Source: Ascidiella aspersa
Taxonomy: Eukaryota
Assembly (NCBI GenBank): GCA_963924565.1
Contig: OZ004610.1
Coordinates: 5,456,001-5,520,000 of the forward strand
DNA: 64,000 bases
Reading direction: 5' to 3'
Under the pieces are notes generated by a model, which searched no databases, was not told the origin of the DNA, and was given only the letters and a program-made list of their open reading frames with translations. Positions 37,501 to 52,500 of this stretch are shown here, one piece after another (position 1 is the stretch's first letter; every line of letters begins with the position of its first letter). The translations under genes were made by a program, and so were the position numbers.

Positions 37501-40500
37501 ACGTCTTACTACAACCTCCAATCATTATGCTCCAATGGATTGTTGTATCTTTGCAGAAGCTAATGTTTCATGTTTTTCCCCTGATTTCCGCTTTTTATGA
37601 GGGAAATGTTCCTGCTTTTTACAGATTTATTAGAAAGTCTGAAAATTTTTTTTTTTTTGAAGGTAGGGACCTGATTTATAAATAAAACGTGTTTCGGGGA
37701 ATTCTTATAAAACAAAACGTCAAAGGCAAATCATTAGCGAATTTCCAAAAAGTTTACAATTATGGCGATTGTCGGTAGTCTTACGATTTTTACAGAATTT
37801 TAAACTTTCACCTAGTTTTATGAATTTCGTCTGAGCGATTTTTTGTTATTTTCGTGCAGGAGAAGGCGGATCACAGGGACCTAAGGGAGACGAGTGTGGG
37901 GTCTGTCCCGTCGGACCCAAGGGCTCCACGGGCGAGATGGGTTACCCCGGCAACCCAGGAACCCACGGTGAGATGGGCAATCATGGCCAACCCGGCGGCA
38001 AGGGTGAAAAGGGTATTGAAGGATTTTCAGGACTCACAGGAGCCACGGTAAGAAGAATAAGATCACGAATTTTTTTGAAATTTACCTTATTTTTTTCGGC
38101 TGGCTTCGCTTAGGTCAGTTTTTGTTTTATTGTATTATTAATATAAATTTTTTCCGTTAATATAAATTTTGATTAGTTCTTGCTTAAAGGTAGAAGCTTA
38201 TTGATAACATCCACGTTTTGTTTTAAATTTTAAAATTTGACATAGTTAAGCTGTGAGTTGAAAAAGGCATTTTATCCAAGGCATTATAAAGACTTATAAA
38301 ATATCAAGCAGCATGTGGAACATAATATTTTGACGCCAAATTTTACACCTGATAAGGATGACTGTATATCAGCGCAATTTTGCTCATTAGTATAAAGTCT
38401 CATACTATTAGGGTTTTACAACGTATCTTGGACTTAATATACCAAGAGAGAGTTTGTAAAACAGTGTTTCTCAGCCTTTAATGGCCCGGGGCACCCTTTA
38501 GAAATAATAAATATATTGCGTCATTCCTACAAGATTTTTTCGTAGGTAATTCACTAGAATGTCACAATAAACCGAACTGGAACAACAAACATCAACTCTA
38601 CGTAACGTAGGAAGTTAAAACTGGATTTATTCCACTCTAATCTTACACAAAATAATCTTACAGGTGTTAGAGTTAAGCAAAAATCAGATTCTTAAAGATT
38701 TTCAAATATTTCTCGCCACCCTTGAGCATTAGCAATGGTACTGTAAGATTATGTAAAAGATAGAAAAAAGAAGTTACGCGTCATTCACACTCCTTTAGCT
38801 ATAACTTACTTCGCTACTAACCCTTTTTTCTTATGTTCAGGGTCGACCGGGACCCCAAGGAGACGTCGGTGCACCCGGGCCCAAGGGTGACGTGGGTGAC
38901 CTGAGGGTCGTCCGAATCAAGGGTGAAGTTGGGGCACCTGGGGCCGTGGGGCCAAGCGGACAGGCAGGCGCCAACGGCCAGCCCGGCAGGTAAGATTAAG
39001 TTTTTTGGTGGAATCATAACAGTTAGTAGTAGGCTGTTGACTTTGCTCAGTGTTCATTTTATGAATGGTCGAAAGTTATAACGGCGTATAAGAGCTTTTA
39101 TTACTGCGTTTAAACGCCATGGGTATATTTTGTACGGTTGTGTAGTAGTTTTTTATTGTTTACTTATTTGCCTTTGCAATTCCAATCAAGCTTTTTTTAA
39201 CGTTTGTTTTTTTAATAATCAGCTTAAATACTATATTATAAAAAAAAGGATTGCTTTGTTCACCAAGTAACTCACTTCACCACAGCGCAAGTAATGAGAA
39301 AGGGAATAGGTAAAAGGCAACGTTTCAATATCGCAAAACATAGTTTTTTTTAGCTTTCATAGAAACGATATATATTCAGTTAAATACTTGAAAATTTTTA
39401 ACGTTTGCTTAAAAAAGTTTTATTGTTTTAAGATAATGTTTCTTGCGACTTCTGGTAGCCGAAAATTAATCGATTACAAGGTAAACCACTAATTACAAGG
39501 AATTTTCATGCGAGCATACGGCAACGGTATTAAATACCCAATATCAATCACAATGCAAAACCAATCAACCCCTCCCTTTGCAATCAAAACATGCCAACGA
39601 CTTAATTATTTCGATGGTGCGATTTCATGTTAAAAATGTTGAAAAAAACGTTCACGTGAAACTTTTTAACACTCGAGTAAGTTTCAAAACGGTTCAAATA
39701 TAAATACAAAATTTGATAAATTATTGGGGGGTTAAAACACTCAAAAATATTCAATTGGAACTGGAGTTTGAGAATACAGTTAAAATAACAAGCGGCCATT
39801 ACAAAAAAGATTAGATTTTTGAGCCTAATGTGGTTAGACGGAACAGGAAGTCAATACAGAAGTAGGTATCATTTTGTGAACGTTTCCAATAAATCCTTAA
39901 TCATTTCCAACTTCAAGATTTTTTTAATTTTTAGATATTTTTTACATTAGATTTTTTCATTTAATTCTCACCTATTTTTACCTGAAAAGTCTAAATTTAA
40001 CAACGTCTTATAGAATGACAAACTCCGAGTATGTTTTAGTGCCACAATTATACGTACTTAATCACCTTAATCAACTAAAACGCAGTGATATTTTACGTTT
40101 GCAGGAGACTAGGGATGTTCAAAGTAGAATATCGGATCCTTAAATTCGAATTCAAATGGGATTCGTATCCAATTCTGCTGTTTATTTTTGGTAATTGGAA
40201 CCGATATAATTTAATGATTTACCGCCGATGGTTGCGCCTAATTGCACATACGCCAGTGGCGAGTTTAGATAAAGGCCTGTTGCTGTGGCGACACATTTGT
40301 AGTGCTTGCTTTAAATGTAGTTTGGTAGTGCAGTGTCAGAGTTTTTTCAGGCGACCAATTACTTCGCCTCTCGCGACAACTTTCGCCTATTAATTAAGTG
40401 TCAATCAAGCGTTATTGGACGAGCGACTAACGTGTAGTGACAGGTGCGAAACATTATCGAGGTTAAATAATAATTTAAAAAATTATACTAGGATTTGATA

Positions 40501-43500
40501 TTCTGGATTCGAAGCCTAAGGTTCTTAAATCCCCTGGGATTCTGCTTTGAACATCCCTACAGGTGCTGAAGCAACACTTTACTTAACCTTTCTGCAGAAA
40601 CGGAGATAACGGCTTCTCCGGCGCCAAGGGCAAGAAGGGCGAAATCGGTATGCCCGGAGAGGCCGGACCTGCCGGCGAAACCGGAAACCCGGGCCCACGT
40701 GGCCTGGACGGCCTTGCCGGTGCCGATTTGCCCGGAGAAAAAGGCGAGCAGGGTCTCAGAGGCGAGCCCGGGCGCCAGGGCGATTTGGGTTATCCCGGTC
40801 AAAGAGGTAAACTTGTTTGAAAAAAACTGTTGTTAGCTGTTGGGTGTGTTTGGATGTTTGGCGAACTTCATATTTCATATTTCGCCGTTTTGTAACTGCT
40901 ATGACCTGATGAAGCCAGACTTGGACAACTAGAAATTCTAGTTCTAATTTACCAAATTAGATAAAAAAGTTTATTTTTACACACGATGTTAGTAATGACA
41001 GACTTGTCATGGGTCTACTTTTTGAGACTTGATTTACATTTCAAGAGTTGCGAGGGTATTAGGCCGATTGTAATATTTAAAACTGTCCTATTTTTTTATT
41101 TTCTTCTCCGCTTCGCCGAATCCAATTCCACGTGAGTACGTGAAACGTCCGAAGTACTTAAACATTCGCAAAACCGAAGTAAATCGTATTTTTTTTTAAT
41201 ATTGTATTTCTTGGATAAAAGTAGTAGATAGTTCAAAGCTCAATGAAAGATACACACACATATGTGTTTAACAACTGAGATCTGGCCCTTCTGAAGCTGC
41301 TTTTTAACCAATAATTACGGCTTAAGTATAATTAGTACACCGAAAGCCATCGCAGACTCACCGAATCTGTCGATCAATAATGCAAGCACGGTAGGCTAGA
41401 AAAACAACTAGTTTGCAGTAGGGTTTCAAATTTACCACAGTCTGGTGGTATGGCTGGAGAACTTTACTTCAAGTTAGTTATTTTTCTAGCTTGCCTTGCT
41501 TGCATCATTACTCGACAGATTCGGTGAGCCTGTTATGGATTTCAGTGTAGTGCAAAGCTTATCGCTAAAAATGTTTTTTCACAGGACAAAAGGGAGAGCC
41601 GGCCGTTGCCATAACAATCACGGGACAGAGAGGAGACAAGGGGATGCAGGGATCCATCGGACTTCCGGGGTCACCAGGAGAGCGCGGCGAGACAGGTGAG
41701 TGAAAAATATCAGCAAAGTGGAAATCAAATTAGGTTGTCGAAGACTGGATTGTTAGATACAAGTCGACTCAGCAATCACTCGAAAACGCACATTTATGTC
41801 ATATACAGATCCCAAGTAAATAGAAGTATTATTTCTTCGCTGTCATTAACAAACAAACTAGTGTATAGATGATAGATTCGACACCTTTAAATTGAATTAA
41901 ATGTTATTTAATATTGACGAACAAGTATGATTTTCGCCATTGATTATTGATATAAACCTTTTGCCATCGATTTCCAAAAGTTTTGTGTCTTATACGACCT
42001 AAGCTGAAAGGTTGACAAAAAATGTAAACGAAAGATTCTTTCTTTCGATTAAAATTTCACAGAAGCATATATTCGCCTTATGAATAGGCATCATCAGTTG
42101 GTTATGTAGAATTTAAAAAAAATTCTTTAAAATTTTAAGAAATAATTGATGTTTTACATCTGTTTTTTTTTATAAACAAGGTGATAGGACCGATATTCAG
42201 CGTCCAGTTTAGTTTTAAATCAGAACGACGTGTAAATTTCGGTAAACCATTCACAGGCGGCGTTGGTCCTCGTGGACAACCCGGATTTGCTGGGGACAAG
42301 GGGGTCGCTGGGCCTCCAGGACCACGCGGCGCCAGTGTGGTCGGTGTACCAGGTTCCAAGGGCGCCACTGGAGCCCCAGGAAGCCCAGGGTGGCAAGGAC
42401 GTTCCGGTCCAACCGGACACGACGGAATGAACGGCATGGACGGCCTTCCAGGACCAAAGGTTAATGATAAATTCGATTTTCTACTAAAAATGTACAATAT
42501 CTAGTTCGAATGAACTTTGGAACACAAAACACGGATTTTTTTTTAGTAATTTTGATAAAAATATCAAAGCCATAATATTCGATAAAATCGACTTTTCACA
42601 AATTACAAACGTTTCAGCAATACCTCATGCCATTATCAGTGTAAAAATCAAGTGAAGATAAAAGCGATAAAACATAAAAAGAAAGGAAATTTTTATGTTA
42701 TTTCGCTTTATGTTTATACGTTATTTGGTAAACCAATGTTTTTCGTCTCATTTATTTTTATTGTCGTTTTTTATGCGACATCTCAACTTCAGATTCGTTG
42801 TGAAATGTTTATTGTCACCTATACTTAATAATTCGTACATATATGTGGACAGTCAGAATTTTTCGAATAAACTTTTTTTCGAATAACAGAATCTGCCTGA
42901 ATTCGAAACATGAAAACAAACGATTCTGGTTGCACATCAATGATAAAGATAAAATTAAGTATAGAACTTTGTAAACCGAAAATCAGTTTGTTTGGATGTT
43001 ATACGATAAATATAGGAAAGATTCATCCGAATTTAGATACTGGTGATGCTGTTAGTAACAAAATATGTTTATCATATAACATCCAAACAAACTGATTTTC
43101 GATTTACTAAGTTATGTACTGGAAACCTTCATGGGATTAAACGTAATAATAAGATTTCCAGCTTACCTCCAAATTATTCTGCCAATTTAAACATTCGTCA
43201 TTCTTTCGCTAACACGCAATGTTTTACAATTCCAGGGTGAAAGCGGTTTCGGTCTACCAGGACCGGCCGGCCGCGACGGCGCCGACGGCGAGACCGGACC
43301 CCCTGGCCCAGCCGGTGAACGGGGGCCTGTTGGGGCGCCGGGACGTCAGGGCTACGCCGGGCCACCGGGAGAGGCAGGAAAGGACGGTAAGCTCGCTGTC
43401 TGCGGATTTGTCAGATAAATTTTAAGCCTATTTTTGTGAAGAACTTTGTGATGGGTTTATTAAAGTGACACAGTCAACATAAGGCTTGTGTAAAAATAGT

Positions 43501-46500
43501 CGATTGCCATTTATATTTAAAACTTGGCAGGTTTTTTGTGGCCGGACACGGTCATATGAATGAGACGCATGATATGAGCTTTGTTCATCCCAATTTATAC
43601 AATTATTTCAATCGTTTTTTGACTTTGAAGTATGATCTTTGAAGTATGAACTATGATCCCTCTGTTGATCATTTAATAGCGCAACACGTTTATATAAAAG
43701 ATACGCATGATATGAGCTTCGTGCGATCCAACTACCTAAATAGGCCTTGACTTTGAAGTATAATAACTGTCCTCTTGTATACGATCAACATAAAAGCGCC
43801 AATCGTGTTTTCCAACCTTGTACCCAATTAATCAGGATAGAACAACATTAGCAGGTGCCAATGAACTGCTCTTGTAAAATTACGTTGGGCTTTACCAATT
43901 TCCCGGCATAACCAATATCGACTGGACACCAATTGCAAGACGCCAGACGACAATAGCAACAATACGTTGTTCGTTGGCGTTTATTTTTGGGTGTTCTCTC
44001 GTTTTTCAAAAAAAGGTTTCAACACTTTGGCGTTTCGTTTTGTTGGTTTATGTCAATTATTTTCGCGCGTTTTCCAATTTTGTTGAAGTTTTTTTTTTTT
44101 CTAATCCTGTTTTATGTGCCCCCCCCCCAACAACGTTAGTTTTTATTTGCGACAGGAGAGCCAGGCAACGCAGGACCCAGGGGTTTCACCGGCGAAAAGG
44201 GTGAAATCGGAGACGCGCGAGTCGGACCCATGGGACCACCTGGACCCCGAGGCCCCCTTGGAGAGCAGGGTGCGTTCTTCGTTGTCTCTTTGGAAATTAA
44301 TCGTTAACTTTAACTTCATTGAATAATGGCTGAACGAGTTTCAAACTGATTAAAGCATTATTGCTAAATGACCGTTAAATATTTACTTTTTTTACGCATT
44401 TTTATGACGTGTGTAACAACGCGTCAATGCTACATTTTATTGTAAAAAAAAATGTATTTCCTAAACAAGAAAAGTAGTTCCTAGTGATGACTAAGTGGTA
44501 AATTTATAATTTTCTTGTTCATATAACATACCTGTGACAAAAAACTATTCCTTCACTATTTTAAACTATAAATTAATAAACAACATCGAAATTTACAGGC
44601 GAGCCAGGGAACCCAGGATTCAGGGGCGAACCCGGCCTTCCCGGAAATGACGTCATGGGCATGAAGGGAGAGCAGGGCGAGCAGGGCTTGGAAGGCCCGG
44701 TCGGCCAGAAGGGCCAGACTGGCCCACTGGGATTCCCGGGTCGCGACGGACTGGATGGTGCCGCAGGAGACGATGGTGAAGAGGGAACACCTGGACAAAA
44801 GGGTGAACGCGGTCTTCCAGGACAAATCGGTAGGTTTTTTTTTATTTGTATATTTTTTTTACAGATTACGCGTTTTGTATTTAGCGGAAAGTTTTACATA
44901 CAGCGGCTTAGCGAAGGCTTGGAGTTAAAACATGGCTAACTCAGCAGACAAATATTTAAATTTGCTCATTTTAAATCGATAATATAAAAAAAAGTCATTT
45001 TAAATCGATAATAAAAAAAGTCGTTTCAAATCGATAAAATAAAAGTCATTTCAAATCGATAATATAAAAAAAAAGTCATTTCAAATCGAAAATATAAACA
45101 ATAAAGTGTTTGAAACTTAGGGTTACATTTACTTGGAATGGTTAAACTGTTTTTAATTGATTAAGTTTTTAAGTGAAGTCGTCCACGTTTTAACACGACG
45201 GTTGTGTTATTCTTAACACTACGGTTTTAAAGATTGGGTTTTATTTTGGCACAGCAGAACAGAATAGTGCTTCTCAATCATTTTTCAGCACAGAGTGGGC
45301 CTTTCTTGTATTTTGTTATTGTTGGCCTAACTAGCTACCTTCACATTGTTTTAGTACCATGTGTAGCGGCGAACATTTTTTCTTAATTTTTTTAAACATT
45401 TTTTTTAATTTTTTTTTTCAAACATATTTTTTAATTTTTTTTCAAACATATTTTCTTGTTTTTTTTTTAAATCGAGGCAACCGACACTAGCTGTTCCTTG
45501 AAATATCATTGAATCCCATCGTCAACGACATAACTTTTTCAAGGTGCTCCGGGTTTCGACGGAGGTGCCGGAGTCCCAGGCGCTCCAGGCCAAGACGGCT
45601 TACCCGGCTCGCCAGGGTCCCGCGGAGACAGGGGATTCACCGGACGATCGGGCTTCCCGGGTCAGAAGGGTGAACCGGCGCAGCTTCTCGACAGCCTCGT
45701 CAGCAACGGAACGAAGGGAGAGAAAGGTTAGTTCCAAGTTGTTTTGCCTACATCTGTGTATTGCTATACAACAGCGGTTCCCAAACTGGGGTCCGTACAT
45801 TAAGAGATGGCGCAATGAGAATTAAGGCCCGTTTACACTACAGCTGCAGTGATCTGCACTGGGCGTAAAAATCGCTCCAAAACGTAACGTTTTTCTATTG
45901 CTGCACTGGGCTTGAGTTTAGCAAAGCGTGGAAATCGCTCCAAAGCGTATTTTTTTCCAGCTGCACGGGAGCCTGAGTTTAGCAAAGCGTAACTTTAAGC
46001 TAGCTGCAGCTGCTGCACGGGGCTTGAGTTTAGCAAAGCGTGAAACGCTCGCCACAATAGAATTTAAATGCAAATTACGCTTTGCTCAGCTCAGTGCAGC
46101 TGTAGTGTAAACGGGCCTTTTGTCTTTAAGGGTATAAACTATACATTAGGCTTCAGCGAATGTTTTTCAACATTAGTCCATGTTTTTTAATTATCTGTCA
46201 TCAGTCATCACTATTGTCTTTCGTTATGATTTATTATTTGATCACATAGCGAGTTTTATGATGTCTCTTAGGACAGCATAAAGCATCTATTATGCTGTAC
46301 TACCTGCTATCAGCGAATCGTTCGCATTAGTCAGAAAGTTGTGACATTAGAGAGAATCGTAACCGCACTAGTGTAATACAGGAAACATGGGTCAACTGAC
46401 CTTTGTAGGTTCGCGAAATATCAAAATAATTGCAATGGGTCCTCCAGCCTAAATTTTTAGAAAAGTATCCACGAAATGGATACTGGTTTAGTCTTAAAGT

Positions 46501-49500
46501 TTGCCGTGTCATATCTTGTTTTGTCTGTAAACTAAGTGGCCCCAACCGATACTGAAGTGGGAATTTTTAAAATGAACATGGGTTGAAGTTCAATGCGATT
46601 AATTGCTCCGAAAAAGCTTTGCATTCAATCAGCACATATATGGGTGAAACTTATCAATTCAATGTATTTTATTCAAGTTTCGGAAAGTCGTTATCAGTGT
46701 GCGGGAAATTTTTAACAACACAAAGGCTTAAACAAGTGGTTTCATAATTCATTCAAATCGAATATAAATAAAAAAACAATGATATTAAAACAAAAGCCAT
46801 ATAAGTGTATGTTAAGCATCAATTCAAGCGACAAAGTAGTAAAACCAACTGCCGTAAGGACAACTACAATGTCAAGGCACCATGTGCTCAGAGACCTTTG
46901 ACCGCAAGTAGCACAGTGATTATACATAATTAAATTAATTATAAAACACTTACACTGAAATGCGCAGGTTAATTTGTCCCATTCAAAATTCCCAACATAC
47001 AAACTTTCTGTAGCACTTGAAGGCGTATATAGCGTGCTCTTTAATTTTTTCACCACCTAAAAATTATAAACAGGTCAAAAATCACGTTATTTTCGTGTTT
47101 TGCAATCTACGTTGTGCCTCACACAAATATTGAAACTTTGACTGTCACGGACTTTAGCAGTAAAATTTTGCTGTTATTTCAGGCACACCTGGCATCGTTG
47201 GCTTACCTGGAGACAAGGGTTCCGAAGGCCTGCCCGGTATCAAGGGGGCCCGGGGATTCACCGGGGACAAGGGCGCTCAAGGAATGAAGGGCCGACCCGG
47301 ACTCGACGGCCTTCAAGGATACGAAGGACTTCCAGGTATGCTATGTGTAAAAGAAGTTTTAACGCGCAGTTAAAGTTGTGCAAAACAAGTGAACAATTAA
47401 TCTGGTTGTGTTCATACAGTAGTTTTTGTCACTAAACCAACTTACATCGATGAAAACGGAATAAATACCCAAACGATTAGGAAAACTGAAAATTTTTGCA
47501 GGTTGTTTCAAGATAGTGTTGTTGTTGTGTTTCAGGCCATCTACCGTAAGCTGGTATTAGATTAGCCTAAATGATATCTGTTATCAAATATCGAAAGTTG
47601 ACGAAAAGTATGTTTGTAGTTATTGTCGAAAACATGGTTTTGCAAACTACCGCCGAAAATATCAACTATACCTGAACGCATTGTTGTGCAAGACATTAAG
47701 TATTTTTTTTTTCAAAAAATAACGTGTCAAATTATTATTAGAGCAAGTCATCTTGAAGTCATGAAACCTGTAAAAGTGGTAAACTTGTTCCGATTTGGAA
47801 TAATAAGTCAACTAAAAAAAACAAAATAAATAACTAAAATTTATGACAAAATGTTAAATACAAACACAATTCTAATCCAAGTCATTAGACTAAATGAATT
47901 AAGTCCTAGTCAAGTCTTTTGTCCAGAAGACTTCAGTCAAGTCAAGTCATTTTACCATATCGACTTAAGTCAAGTCAACTTATTTGAAAATTGTGACTTA
48001 AGTCAAGTATTTGAGTTGAGTCGTTACAAACTGCCTGAACGTAACACAAACATTGTAACTGCGTTTCAAACATAGGCGAAAGCGGTGAAAAGGGCGAAGT
48101 CGGACTTGCAGGTTTGACCGGGCCCAAGGGCACTCGCGGAGAAACTGGACAACCAGGCAGACCCGGCGGTCTCGGCCCGTTGGGCCCACCAGGCGAGAAA
48201 GGCGCCACGAGCACGGTGGCCGGACGGCCAGGAAGGCCCGGACCAGCTGTAAGTAAAAAATCAAACTAAAATGATCACTAAATATAAATCGCTCTTCTGG
48301 TGTAAACGAAGTATAAACCGACGTTTCGATAAATGTAGCTTAAAATAGACAGTGGACAAAAGTCCCCGAAATGCCTGTGAAATTTGTGAAAAAATAATAT
48401 CAAAGCCATCAATGATGTTAAAAATAAATAAAGAGTTATTTGAAACGTTCAAAATGCTACCTACTTCTGTATGGGCTTTGATATTCTTATTACGTCTTAC
48501 TATAACCTCCAACCATTATGCTCCAGAGAAATTGTAGGAGATTAACATTTTGCCATTTTGTAGTGCGACATTACTGTAACAAGCAGAATAAAGACTATTT
48601 GTTTGTAGCTTATTTAGGCTTTGCTTGGATAATGCCAGCGTTTATGGGTATTTTTTCAGTCTGTTTCATTCGGAGACCAGCGCATTTTAAATAAATATTA
48701 TACGAGCCACGTACGCTGAAAAATATTCAAAAATTGAAAAAATGTGGTTAAAAAATGGGCAGGGCAATTTAAGAGTAGCGACAGCTTGAAAGTATACCAA
48801 CAAAAACCAGCAGCTTTCTTCTAGTATTTTGATGCTCATTTTCGATCGTTCAATTCTCAATTCGCCCTGAAAAACACGACTAAAACTGGAACAGATCACA
48901 TCCGTTAATAATTTATCAGTAAAAAAACAATTATTTCGCGTTAGTAATAAGCTGTTATGTAATAAAACTGTTTCTCAGTAATAAGCTGTTATAGCATAGT
49001 GCCGCTTTGTAGTAATAAGCTGTTATAGGATAAACTTAGTATTTTGGCGATCATTTTCGATACTTAAATTCCCAATTCGCCCTGATAACGACTGTTATTA
49101 AGCGCAAGAATTAGTTCGTAATTAAGAACTTACCTTTATCAACACAGGGACAAGATGGTTTGGACGGACGCCCCGGCCTTCCAGGCAACGACGGTCCCAT
49201 CGGCGAACCCGGTTTGAACGGCGAACCGGGTGTCAAGGGTGAACAAGGAATTCCCGGCGGAAGGGGCTACACCGGTCGGGCCGGACTAAAGGGCGCCCCT
49301 GGAGCTCCAGGGGAGACCGGAATATCTGGCACCCCCGGTGACGATGGACTTCCAGGTAGAGATGGAGTCTTCATGTTGTGTTTATATATTTTCTCATTGT
49401 GGAGTTGGAATTACTATCGCGTAATATAATCTAATTCCTAAGTTGTCCAATCATGGAAAAATATAGTGTCATGGAAAAATTTAGCACCGTAGAGAATATA

Positions 49501-52500
49501 AATTTGTTCGCACTTGATCACATATTTAGACTATTCATTAAAAAGGCTAAAGCAGGGAACGTTTTTGAACACTGAACAGTATTATATGTATGTGTATGAT
49601 CGTATAAAACGGTCATTGTCAACTCACATATTTGTATTTTGTACAAAAAAAAAACAGTTTTTCTTGTTTCAATAAGCCTAATCATACATCTCAGTTAAAG
49701 CACAAAATCTGGTTTTACATTTTAATATCTGCGGGAGATCTGTTATTAAACTTTAATCATACATTGAAATCTCCACTTTAACAACAACAAAAAATCGGAC
49801 GATGTCCGAATAAAAATAATCTTCTTTCGAAACATTTTCGACCTTAAACAACATTGTTTCATCATGTAGGACGCGACGGACTACCTGGTGAGGCTGGTGC
49901 CACCGGCGCCGTTGGCCAACCAGGACGGGACGGACTCACCGGGCCCGCTGGACCAAGGGGATTCACAGGACAGTCGATCGCGGGACCGCCCGGTCGTCCA
50001 GGCGGACTCGGTATGCCCGGAAAGAAAGGAGAAACAGGACCGGAAGGACCACAGGTAAAATACTTTTTCACTAATTTTGCGTAAAAAACGTAAATAAACC
50101 GTATATTAGCTTTACGGTTTCTTCCACTGTAAAAATACACAATACTGGCCCACCGACAATTCAATACTGCATGTGAGTCAGCAGGATAAAAAGCTTTGTC
50201 TATACATTTTGTATTCTATATGCAATAGGTCCAAGAATGTCCGATACTTCGTTTTTATTGCGATACTGCGCCAGATTTTGGCTCCACTAGATTCAATACC
50301 AAAACTTTTGTTGTTAGTACAGTACTTTTAAAAACTGCAACATTTAAATTAAAAAAAAAAACGCTCAGTTAAATCCAAACATGGCTTAAATGCACGGATA
50401 CCACCCTAGAATTAGACGAGTTTTTTTATATGGTACTGTAGATCACTTTCAATGTGAAGTTGCTTCTACTAACAGAATGTAGCAAGCATTGGCGTATGGT
50501 AGTTTATCGAATCGCTCCTCTCTGAGCCTGTGTAGCTCAGTTGGTAGAGCTACGGTCCCGGTGTGACTGAGTTCGTGAGTTCGAACCTCACTGCAGGCTA
50601 GTTTACTAACAGGAAGTAGCAAGCATTGGCGTCATGGTTGCTTCTCGAATCGCTCCTCTCTGAGCCTGTGTAGCTCAGCTGGTAGAGCGACGGTCCCGGT
50701 TTGACCGGAGGTCGTGAGTTCGGGCCTCACTGTAGGCTAGTTGTTTATCTAGCCTGCCTTGCTTGCATCATTGATCCACAGATTCGCTGAGTCTGCCACG
50801 ACTTTCGGGGTACTACATTTCTCTCATAGTTGAGATTTGTTTGTTGAAGCACAAATCCGTACTCGTGTCTTGACTTACTACCGGCGTAACCTCGCCTAAG
50901 TTAAAAATACTCGCAAAATCAGATTAATCGTCTGAATCCAAGTTCAAACTCCGTGTTGTGGTGCTTAAGATAGATAAGCCGCGCCGCAACAAACACGGGC
51001 GATTCTCAAATCACCAGAAGTGTTGGGTTTTTTAAGTCGGGTGAGGCGTCTTTAGCTACTGAAAGATGCCGGGAGAAAATCCTGGTTTGTTAATTCGATT
51101 TAAACCGAGACGGCGCCAGTGTGATGTTGTGCATTACGCGATAAATTACGTCGCTGTAAACAATACCCCCACCACTTGACTTGACTTAAGTCTGTTTGAC
51201 AAATGACTTTACTTGAGTTACGTCTTTTGCGCAAATGACATGGGTTTACATGAAGTGTTTTCTGTAAGCATTCTTTTAACAAAAAATTGCACCTAAAACA
51301 ATTTGCTTGCTTCATGTTACTTTTTTTTCATTTTTGTAGTTTAGTTGTCACCAATAATAATCAGACAAACTTACCAATTGAAAGTTTACTTTTTATGACA
51401 AGGGCTTTCTTTGGCATTGACTTGCAATAATTATGACTTGACTGGGACTTAACTTGTTTTATTCAAAATGACAAAATTAGACTTCAGTTCCTGTAAAAAT
51501 TTTTGACTGGGGGTGGGACTTAACAGATTTAAAAATGACGTGATTACCACGCTGCTTACATTTGAGACGCGACCTTCGGTCTTTGGCTTTTCGCGACGCG
51601 ACCCTACCCAGTAGGTAGGCACTAGGCCAGGTAAAAAAACGTCTCGCGAAAATCACGTTCCCGTCAAAACTGCGAGACGACGAAAGCCGTTTTAGCCGGG
51701 TGCGGTGGCAAACGGTTTCCTGCATCAGCCTAATCCCGCATATCGCTTATCGGTCTTATCGCCGTTTCTCGTTGCAACGGAAAACACAGCTCCTGTCTTT
51801 CGCTCTTGAAAATGAACGCGCCCGCATTTACTTAGTCTCTTTAAGCTGCGTACCCCCGCACTCTTTTTGCCTTGTTTTGGCCCGGCGTGGTTTTTTGCTT
51901 TGTGCACAGCAGACTGTCGGGCATCAAAACCTGAATTACCTCAACGCGACGGAATTTTTCGAGTTTTTTTTGCCGTTGCTGCCGTCTTGGACGCGACCGC
52001 TGCTGAATGCCTTTTCTAAAATTGGCGATTTTTTCGTTCGTCTTGTGGCTGGAGATCGCCGTTTAGCGATAGAAATTTGATAGGAGCTTCTTAAAAGATT
52101 GCGAACCCTGTAGTCAATTTTCGAACAATAACTTTTGTTGATTTGTGTTTTATTTTTACTGTTAAGTTTTTTAACACCCCAAAAAGTTGCAATTCGTAGC
52201 ATCTTTCCAGTCCGCAAGTTTACAAAGAAGATACACAGCAAACTTACGAAATAGCAACAGTACCTACAAATAAAACACGTTGATAGAGACTGTTTTAACA
52301 CCAGTGCGAAGAATACTAATACAGTTAATTTCATTTCGTTTTAAAGCCCGACTGGACTGAACAAAGTTAATATTCCGTAAATTTAAATTAAACTATTATT
52401 TTATGCCTGGCAAGCTGTATGTGCAAAATAAGAAGATATCTCCTCGTCCTTACACGTAAATGTTGACAATCACTTAGAATAGGATCAAATATTCTCAGTC

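Noticed and set aside
40903-41150. Further hammerhead candidates (TGACCTGATGAAGCC at about 40903; GAAACGTCCGAAG at about 41142)
   Set aside because: Each has only half of the core; a complete motif could not be folded.
50526-50738. Two functional tRNA genes
   Set aside because: The anticodon loop lacks U33 and a purine at 37, spacing is irregular, and the flanks belong to a dispersed repeat; they are treated as tRNA-derived repeats.
51550-52334. GC-rich intronic island with 126-aa and 132-aa ORFs as a nested gene or another orphan-family copy
   Set aside because: There are only faint motif echoes (QVKKRLA, YRSYRR), too weak to support; it is probably a decayed element.
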